A stretch of DNA of 64,000 nt from an uncultured Gammaproteobacteria bacterium. Lineage in GTDB: Bacteria > Pseudomonadota > Gammaproteobacteria > Arenicellales > CALHMG01. Location of the stretch: assembly GCA_938034705.1 (NCBI GenBank), contig CALHMG010000186.1, positions 5,110 to 69,109 of the forward strand, read 5' to 3'. Under the pieces are notes generated by a model. It was not told the origin of the DNA. It saw only the letters and a program-made list of their open reading frames with translations, and ran no database searches. The position numbers and the translations under genes are program-made. Of this stretch, positions 30,501 through 36,576 are shown one piece after another (positions within the stretch are counted from its first letter, which is position 1; the number at the start of each line of letters is the position of its first letter).

Positions 30501-30857
30501 CTCGGAGAGTCTTGATGAACCGACCAGGTCGCAAAACATCACCGTCAGCTGGCGACGCTCGGCCGCCGTTGAATGTCCTTTCGGGACTTCAATTTTTTCG
30601 ATTTGCGAGTACGGCTCAATTGGATTGGCGAGCACCGAACGCACGGTTGCGTTCTTGGGTGACAGCGCAGGCGCCAGCGCCGCGAGTTCAAGACTGAAAC
30701 TTCGTCCGGCAAGGGACACACCACATCCACCACAGAACTGTTCTTCTTCTGTGTTCTGAAATCCGCAGCTGCGGCAGTTGGACATAAGTGCTGCGCCACA
30801 ATCAGCGCAGAAGCTTCTTTCAGGTCGGTTGTTGTGACTGCAATAAGCGCACTGCAT
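27516..30857 (-). CDS. Multidomain signalling protein: double zinc ribbon + class III adenylate/guanylate cyclase + AAA (STAND-like) ATPase + TPR repeats
   Basis: The N-terminus has CAYCSH..CADCG and CRSCGF..CGGCG. The cyclase core has TVMFCDLVGSS, ARFVGDGIMTYFG and GQTPNVASRL. The P-loop is ISGEAGIGKSRL, and the C-terminal roughly 450 aa is helical repeat. Confidence 0.9.
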   Translation of the reverse strand: MQCAYCSHNNRPERSFCADCGAALMSNCRSCGFQNTEEEQFCGGCGVSLAGRSFSLELAALAPALSPKNATVRSVLANPIEPYSQIEKIEVPKGHSTAAERRQLTVMFCDLVGSSRLSERLDPEQWREILRRYQSTCTETIKHYDGYIARFVGDGIMTYFGYPNAHENDAERAVHTALELVQAVSEIDPGYQGADPLAVRIGIATGLVVAGDLIGEGSAEQHAIVGQTPNVASRLHHLAAAGEVVVADQTRRLIGRAADFEDLGAHTLTGMEKPVGVWKAITSHVTSTATASRRHSDDGALIGRSGQMLSLRRAWEDARRGLGQVVVISGEAGIGKSRLATEMALVTEAEKPTQITYQCSPYHTASPLYPFLSHLEHAARFARENVYDLEVRDTWRRLVRDSGENVSKAIPIFNFLLDTDDTDASRSIPILRKEETVAALSGLFEELTNTETVLAIVEDAQWIDPTSAEFLQTMIARIKDRRVLLIVTTRGEVPASWVSHPHVAHVELASLTAGATGQLVDVIAGTHKPDLFAREAIVDRSGGNPLFAQELARSLCVEDRNAGLETRIPESLRELLSAKLGKAGFERDIASVAAVIGREFTTDMLMRLAQCDQTTTDLAIDSLIETGVIKPVRRRESMYAFRHALIQEAAYDGLLLERRSELHGSLADVLVAEPQIGAGGWAEIAWHLTRAGRHWESAKFWSRAAKDAFGRASNKEMIDHAENALAAIALSPRNSKTDKIEMRLHILLGAGHRALQGFASTAAQAAFERAIELGERVDSDALNLDAIRGLFTCYYARGELKQARELAGRARALATDNSCNHVKAVADFLDGAVEFWSGNFSTAREHFESALDHEEDGSDSGMMLSEQIDLRAAVLGHLGWTQWMTGNPALAMMTCESALKAARETPQPFMAAMTLFWVCATNICMGNANAVSKIVDQFARLSTQNEFSYLSAVVIVLKGQTLVMKNKLKEGLETMSMGLKAMRECQGGIGQPWVLSMVASAQARAGDVKGAGQTATIALKRTELHGEAHWRAELLRVQGEVALSARDTETATRLFREALSTAKEQGARALELRVMLSFSRLQNLAPEHRPLDDESGGSEAPNRSSSRTRRPTG

Positions 30858-31472
30858 ACATCTTCCGCAAGTCAGGAGCCCGACATGTCACGCAGTGATC
30901 TAAAGATCCTGCGCAGCCGGCGCCCCGTCTTGCTATCCCCTTTGACTGATGGCGAACAGCCAATCCTGATTGCTCAGGACAGGTTGTTCGTGGATCGGTT
31001 AACCGATCTCTGTTTTTGTGTGCCCGATGCAGATCGTTGCTGCATCGCGTGGGGTACAGTCTAAGGTCATGCGTTTGGGCGATAAAGACCGACGATGATC
31101 ACGTCGGATTGCCTGCGTGCGCGTTCGTTGCATTGACTGTGTGAACGACCCGCCTAAAGTATGTCGAACGTCCTGCTATCCGCTCCAATTGAAACTGTCG
31201 GCGAACAAATCGATCGTTTGAGTATTTTTTTTCGGGAAAGCGACGTGATTTTGAAGACATAAAAAATATTTCAGGGATGTCACGGTTACGTAGTTACAGG
31301 GTCTTTGACTCGCAATTACCGGGGTTTTGTCCTGACAGCAGCGCCGCGAGACGGGACAGGAAAATGTGTAACATACGCGCGGGCCGGATCAGACAGATGC
31401 GATCCGCCTCAACAGGATGAAACCGGGTGAGTGGGTAATACGCCGGGCGCGGGGCTACTTTCAGGGACACAG

Positions 31473-32345
31473 ATGAGCAAAGCGGGTTCAATCACATGTG
31501 CGGGCAAGAAGGATGGCGCGGGCGCCCAGGCCCTTGCGGTAATTACGACGCAGGCGTTTGCGGCCGCAACCGGCGTTCGCTACATCCACACGCCGTTTTC
31601 GTCTATCGCTCACAACGATGATAACGATCCTCACTGGGCGGCAAGATGGGAAAGATTTTTTAATCTGGGCGAGGGCGCTCCGAGTGACCCCGGTGGTCTT
31701 GAACGCGTTGAACTCAAACGTGTGATGGATATTGATATCGCCGCAACGGATGCCGCTGACAGGCTCTATGTCGTGCAACACGCGCTTGGCTATACCGATG
31801 CCAATCCTGACGCGATCGACGCGATCCGCGCTGATTTGCGTGACCGCTACAACGGACCCGATGCTGACGACAGCTCTGACGTTGATCCGGACGTTGTGAA
31901 TGTCGCCGTACACATTCGCCGCGGCGATGTGTCGAACTCAGGCGTAAACGCTATTCGCTACACCGACAACGAGCGGATCAAGCGAGCACTCGACAACGTT
32001 CTGGACGCAATCAAAAAGATGGGCGAGACCGCATCGGTCACGATCTACTCGGAAGGGTCCATGGATGACTTTGCCGATTTTGTTCAGCCGGGTGTGCAGT
32101 TCAATCTGGGCGGCGACGCGTTTTTGACGTATCACCGGCTCGTCAGCGCGGACGTTCTGCTGATGGCCAAAAGCGCTTACAGCTACTCCGCCGCGATCCT
32201 CAGTCATGGCGCGTGCGTTTATGAGCCCTACCATCGCACTCCCCTTGCCGACTGGATTGCTCTGGACGACACCGGCGACGTACATCGGGTCGCCTTTACC
32301 CTGCGGCTGCGACGTCGCCTGGCGCAACGAAGAGAATCAGACTGA
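31473..32345 (+). CDS. Putative glycosyltransferase of the fucosyltransferase-like (GT11/GT23/GT65-type) superfamily
   Basis: The N-terminus KKDGAGAQALAVITTQAFAAATGVRYIHTPF resembles the G-x-G-N-Q type motif, and the HxRRGD motif is present as VAVHIRRGDVS. The ATG at 31473 is preferred over the upstream GTG at 31431. Confidence 0.5.
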   Translation: MSKAGSITCAGKKDGAGAQALAVITTQAFAAATGVRYIHTPFSSIAHNDDNDPHWAARWERFFNLGEGAPSDPGGLERVELKRVMDIDIAATDAADRLYVVQHALGYTDANPDAIDAIRADLRDRYNGPDADDSSDVDPDVVNVAVHIRRGDVSNSGVNAIRYTDNERIKRALDNVLDAIKKMGETASVTIYSEGSMDDFADFVQPGVQFNLGGDAFLTYHRLVSADVLLMAKSAYSYSAAILSHGACVYEPYHRTPLADWIALDDTGDVHRVAFTLRLRRRLAQRRESD

Positions 32346-32696
32346 CGCCAGACACAATGAAGGTTTCGCGGTGCAGATCGCAGTTGTGTCGCCGCCGACC
32401 GGAATCGGGTTGCGCAGCGACTTACGCGATAGCGCGTGCGTTTCGCCACATACGACCACGCCAGCGTGTTGTGTAATACGCCTGCTCTTTACAGGTGTTA
32501 CTCCGTATAGGGCAACGTCAGGGATGTTCGTATACTTTTTTGATTCGCACGGAGGCCGCAAACACGTTCTGAAACTGCAGTACCGGGGGGAAATCTAATG
32601 GAACATCGCGTATCTGAAACCAGGTCCAGGCACACAGATTCCGGGGGCCGGATGTCCGGGTCTGACATCTCAGGGTCGGGTCGCGCCAATCACAGA

Positions 32697-33395
32697 ATGT
32701 CTCAGGCTCTGGCCGAGTCCTTGAAGCAGGTCGATCTGTTCGCGACTCTTGATGACCAGGCGCTGCGCGCCGTCGCCGGAGTCTGCAGAATTCGTCACTA
32801 CGCCAGCGGCCAGCCTGTTCTTTCCCAGGGTGATGCGGGTACCGACGTTTACTTTGTTGTTGATGGCGAGCTCCGCGCGACGCTGTATTCGCCCACCGGC
32901 CGCGAGGTTGCATTTGAAGAGCTGCCAATCGGTTCCGTGTTTGGAGAACTGGCGGCGATCGACTCCGGGCCGCGCGCGACCACGGTACTTGCGCTGAGTG
33001 ACGCGACACTTGCGGTAATGAGCGCCGAAGGGTTCAAAGTCATGTTAAAGGCGCATCCCGGTATTGGGCTGGTGGTGCTTGAACGATTGACGCAGCTGGT
33101 GCGTCGACTCTGCGATCGTGTCTTTGAATACACCACGCTTGATGTGTCCCAGCGCGTCCAGTCAGAGTTGCTTCGGCTCGCCCAGGGCAAATCGGTTGAC
33201 GGAAACAGCATAGTCATTGACGACTTTCCAACTCATGCGGAGTTCGCCAACAGGATCAGCACTCACAGAGAAGCGGTTACCCGGGCGATAAACGCGCTTG
33301 AGCGTCGTTCACTGATTTCTCGCAGCAGCGGCCAGCTCGTTATCTGTGACTATCGCAAACTTGCAGAGATTGTCGGCGAACTTCGCTCGAACTGA
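32697..33395 (+). CDS. Crp/Fnr-family transcriptional regulator with an intact cNMP phosphate-binding cassette
   Basis: cNMP-binding domain (LFATLDDQAL...FGELAAIDSGPRATTVLA) and C-terminal HTH (HAEFANRISTHREAVTRAINALE). There is no FNR-type N-terminal Cys cluster. The start could also be at 32598 or 32652. Confidence 0.85.
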   Translation: MSQALAESLKQVDLFATLDDQALRAVAGVCRIRHYASGQPVLSQGDAGTDVYFVVDGELRATLYSPTGREVAFEELPIGSVFGELAAIDSGPRATTVLALSDATLAVMSAEGFKVMLKAHPGIGLVVLERLTQLVRRLCDRVFEYTTLDVSQRVQSELLRLAQGKSVDGNSIVIDDFPTHAEFANRISTHREAVTRAINALERRSLISRSSGQLVICDYRKLAEIVGELRSN

Positions 33396-33504
33396 GCTGG
33401 CGGATGGAGAAGACTCGTCTGGCGTCGTTTTTTGCGCGATAATCCGAGCAACTCAAAACGCGGACACGGCAGTTCGCGCAGGCAAGACTGATGACGGATC
33501 ATTG

Positions 33505-34743
33505 ATGACGATAGCAGGGCTCCAGTATCGACCGTCCGGATGGGGCCTTGTTCGAATCGCTGCGTTCGTCGTCGCAATACTCTGGGTGATCGGACTGTTG
33601 TTCCCGGCTCCCGACAAAACCCTGGCTCATGTGCCGATTGCCCGGGATATCGCCGCCGACCCTCGGCTTCGGCCAGCGCTTGCCCCACGCGATGACGGTC
33701 GTGGCGTGCTTGACTACACGACCCTGCGCCAGATCAGTCCACAAACCAAAACGATCGCCTGGGTCGGCGGGTCTTCGACGATGCAGTATCGCGACGTCCA
33801 CAAGGCTCGGAAAAAAAAGAATCAGGACCTCGACAAGGCGGCCAGAAAAGCGAAGCGCCAGAAACGCAAATTGCGGGAGCTGTTGCCATCCAAAGTTCTT
33901 GACGAGTTGACGCAACGGTGTGATCTCGACTCCGTGGTTGACGTCTACATCAACCCCGGCATGCGCACGCTCGATCAGTACATTTTCCTGCAGCATGTGC
34001 TGGCGACGAAGCCCACCGCGTTGATTCTCACTCTCAACCCGTACTGGGCGTTTAACGATTTCGCGCTGAATCGAAGGCAGGATGTGTTCCCTGGTGCGCT
34101 GTATCGCGGTGTTGACGACGAGCTGACGCGTTTTTGGTCGAGTGTGCTTGGACAGCCGAGTGATTTCGCTTACGCGCGAGCCGCCCGGGTTCTCCCGGTT
34201 GTGCGTGACCGATGGGACTACCATCGTCAGCTTTTCGAGTTCTGGCAAGGTGTTCAGCCGAACATCCAGGGTACACAGAAGCAGCGTAACCAGCGCAAGC
34301 GCCAGCTTCGCAAAGAGGCGCAACGCGAATCGGTCGATACACTGAGAATGAGTCGATGTGCGCCCGATTGCATCAACGTCGATCCCGACGGCGCAAGCTA
34401 TCGTTTGCTTCGTCAGATGTTCGAGATGATCAGGAACAGCGGCGTTAACGCTGTCGTATACGAGGCTCCGCTGAATCTGAAAGGGCTGATGGACGATGTG
34501 CCGGACGCATCGGATGAAAATCTTGCCGCGCAGTTTGCGTCTTTGCTGAAACAACAGAGTGCGGCAATCAGAACGATTGCAGACGAGTTCAGTTCGCCGA
34601 GTGTTAGCGTTATCACTGCCGACGACTGGGAACCTGACGGGTTAAAGTTCAACGATGTCATTCATCTTTCGTCGATGGGCAATCTTCCGCAGGAACTGAC
34701 CGACGCCCTGGCACCCATGGTCGGGTGTGGAGCGACCCGGTGA
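33505..34743 (+). CDS. DltD-like / SGNH-type membrane-anchored acyltransferase-esterase (putative)
   Basis: A single N-terminal TM helix (LVRIAAFVVAILWVIGLLF), a block-I-like WVGGSST and a block-V-like DxxH (FNDVIHLSS) near the C-terminus. It lies immediately upstream of, and overlaps, the MBOAT gene. Confidence 0.55.
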   Translation: MTIAGLQYRPSGWGLVRIAAFVVAILWVIGLLFPAPDKTLAHVPIARDIAADPRLRPALAPRDDGRGVLDYTTLRQISPQTKTIAWVGGSSTMQYRDVHKARKKKNQDLDKAARKAKRQKRKLRELLPSKVLDELTQRCDLDSVVDVYINPGMRTLDQYIFLQHVLATKPTALILTLNPYWAFNDFALNRRQDVFPGALYRGVDDELTRFWSSVLGQPSDFAYARAARVLPVVRDRWDYHRQLFEFWQGVQPNIQGTQKQRNQRKRQLRKEAQRESVDTLRMSRCAPDCINVDPDGASYRLLRQMFEMIRNSGVNAVVYEAPLNLKGLMDDVPDASDENLAAQFASLLKQQSAAIRTIADEFSSPSVSVITADDWEPDGLKFNDVIHLSSMGNLPQELTDALAPMVGCGATR

Positions 34744-36002
34744 CCGACACATTCAGCGCATTTAGCTACTTTGTTAACTTCCTGGTGCTGCTGATTGTTG
34801 CGCTACCGGTTTACTATCTTCTGCCTTCGATTTCGCTGCGACGAATCTGGCTGATCGTGATTTCTGCGGCACTGATGTTTTATGTCGCGCCAAAACTTCT
34901 GCTGCTCTATCTGGTTTTCTGGCCTCTTGGCTACGCGCTTGTTGTCCTTTTGCGCAAGCAAAGCGAAAAGTCTGATGGTTCGCTTTATCTGGGGGCGGCG
35001 GTTGTGGCGGCTTTGCTGCCGCTTGTACTGTGGAAGTTGTTCAGTCACGAATTTGAAGCCCAGCTGAACCAGCTTTCTCGGGGTTTTCTGCTGCACGTCT
35101 TCGAGCCCTTCGCGCAAACCGATGCCGTGAAGTCAGCCGTGATTCCTGTTGGCCTGAGTTTTGCCACGTTCAGGCTGATTGATGTCATGGTGCAGACGCA
35201 TCTAGGACTTGTGCAGAAGATTTCGTTTTTGCGGTTCATGTACTTCGGTTTTTTCCCTTCCCTTCTTCCTGTTGGCCCCATTGCCGAATATCGTGAAGCC
35301 GGGGCTGAGAATGACCAGTGCGTTGCGGCCAGCGCAGAAAACTTTGGCGCCGGCGCAATGCGAATCCTGATTGGATGCGCGAAGATCTTCGTTCTGGCCT
35401 ATCCGCTGGCGTGGAGCACGAATATTTTTGAGTATCACGATTTCAACACTGCGGTGATGATGTGGGTAAGCCTGGCGGCATTCGCCATCTACTTCTGGCT
35501 TAACTTCTCTGGTTACTCCGACATTGCTATCGGCACGGCGCGTTTGCTGGGTGTTCAGCTCAAGGAAAATTTCAACAACCCTTACTGGCGACGTAACCCG
35601 CAGGAGTTCTGGGCCAACTGGCACATGAGCCTGACACGATTTGCGCAGCGCAATATTTTTGTTCCTCTCGGTGGCTTCAGAAAAAAGACACAGTTCATCG
35701 CGATATTCTGTACGATCATGACGATTGCGCTCTGGCATGACATTTCAGTGTCGCTGATTCTCTTCGGTCTTTACCACGCTGCCGGATTGATATTCGTCAG
35801 GATCTGGCAGGACCGCCGGTCCGGTTCTGCTGCATCTGTTTCTCCGGCGTCGGATGACGAAAGCCTGGCTCTCGGCGCTCGGGCGAAGGATATCGGTTCG
35901 CGTGTGGCAACTTTCGTCTTTGTTCTGCTGAGCTTTCCGATGCTGGTGCTTCCCTACCACGAATTGCCGGCCTTCTATCTGCGCCTGCTTTCACCCTTCT
36001 GA
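34725..36002 (+). CDS. MBOAT-family membrane-bound O-acyltransferase (DltB/AlgI-like)
   Basis: A multi-TM protein with FWANWHMSLTRFAQRNIFVPLGG and the conserved-His block IALWHD (His codon 35736-35738). GTG at 34725 or GTG at 34740 (GTGA overlap with the upstream stop) could be the start. Confidence 0.9.
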   Translation: MWSDPVTDTFSAFSYFVNFLVLLIVALPVYYLLPSISLRRIWLIVISAALMFYVAPKLLLLYLVFWPLGYALVVLLRKQSEKSDGSLYLGAAVVAALLPLVLWKLFSHEFEAQLNQLSRGFLLHVFEPFAQTDAVKSAVIPVGLSFATFRLIDVMVQTHLGLVQKISFLRFMYFGFFPSLLPVGPIAEYREAGAENDQCVAASAENFGAGAMRILIGCAKIFVLAYPLAWSTNIFEYHDFNTAVMMWVSLAAFAIYFWLNFSGYSDIAIGTARLLGVQLKENFNNPYWRRNPQEFWANWHMSLTRFAQRNIFVPLGGFRKKTQFIAIFCTIMTIALWHDISVSLILFGLYHAAGLIFVRIWQDRRSGSAASVSPASDDESLALGARAKDIGSRVATFVFVLLSFPMLVLPYHELPAFYLRLLSPF

Positions 36003-36017
36003 CCCACGAGTTCAACC

Positions 36018-36164
36018 ATGAAATCTGACAGCCCGGCACGCCCACGCTCTTTCATTTTGACGCTCGCGATAGAGTTCGGTATCGCCTTGTTTGCGGCGCT
36101 CGTCATCTTTCTTACGATTGCGCTGTCTCAGAAGAACATCGAGTTCGTATATCAGGGGTTTTGA
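36018..36164 (+). CDS. Small single-pass membrane protein with a C-terminal F-x-Y-x-x-F motif (DltX-like); not in the supplied ORF track
   Basis: Hand translation gives MKSDSPARPRSFILTLAIEFGIALFAALVIFLTIALSQKNIEFVYQGF*. The ATG lies 15 nt after the MBOAT stop. The N-terminus is basic, one TM helix follows, and the short tail ends in FVYQGF. Confidence 0.55.
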   Translation: MKSDSPARPRSFILTLAIEFGIALFAALVIFLTIALSQKNIEFVYQGF

Positions 36165-36233
36165 GTTCCATCGGTTGCGGCCAGTCGTTACAATTCCGGC
36201 CTCAAGCTCCCATGAGTTGCACGGAATTCAACT

Positions 36234-36470
36234 ATGTCTGACCCACTCTTTGACCTGTTTGCGCAAGGGCTGAAGGTATCGGCTGATCAATTGACGGACG
36301 AGTCTTCCCCGGACAACACGCCTCAATGGGACAGCCTGGCTGCAATGAATCTGGTCTCCCTTATAGAAGACACGTTCGATGTTGAACTGAGCACCCGCGA
36401 CATCATGCAGATGAGATCGATTGGTCTTGCGCGCCAGGCGCTGAAAGACAAGGGTGTCGACACTGTCTGA
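36234..36470 (+). CDS. Acyl/peptidyl carrier protein (DltC-like)
   Basis: 78 aa with phosphopantetheine attachment motif WDSLAAMNLVSLIE (Ser34, codon 36333-36335). Confidence 0.88.
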   Translation: MSDPLFDLFAQGLKVSADQLTDESSPDNTPQWDSLAAMNLVSLIEDTFDVELSTRDIMQMRSIGLARQALKDKGVDTV

Positions 36471-36476
36471 CGCTGA

Positions 36477-36516
36477 AAAGACCTCTGACCGGACTGTTCC
36501 GGTCAGCAGCGTCTTT
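36477..36516 (+). terminator. Terminator/attenuator-like hairpin between the carrier protein and the FkbH-like gene
   Basis: Perfect 9-bp stem CTGACCGGA / TCCGGTCAG with loop CTGT, extended by an outer AAAGAC / GTCTTT pairing and followed by TTTTGGG. Confidence 0.4.
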
Positions 36517-36576
36517 TGGGTTGCACGCGAAATCACACTGCCCTGACCGAACAGCACTGCACTGTACTGTATTGAA

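Noticed and set aside
27516-30857. The cyclase + AAA/STAND + TPR protein as an antiphage system (Pycsar-, CBASS- or Avs-like).
   Set aside because: No effector gene (TIR, TM, nuclease, patatin and so on) is adjacent, and no mobile-element or other defence genes are nearby. This zinc-ribbon/cyclase/AAA/TPR architecture is a widespread signalling family. A role as a regulatory sensor fits better, but I cannot formally exclude a defence role without homology searches.
30834-31064. A 76-aa ORF upstream of, and partly overlapping, the start of the cyclase gene.
   Set aside because: It has no recognisable motif, it overlaps the cyclase start codon region on the other strand, and it sits where the cyclase promoter should be. 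I treat it as non-coding.
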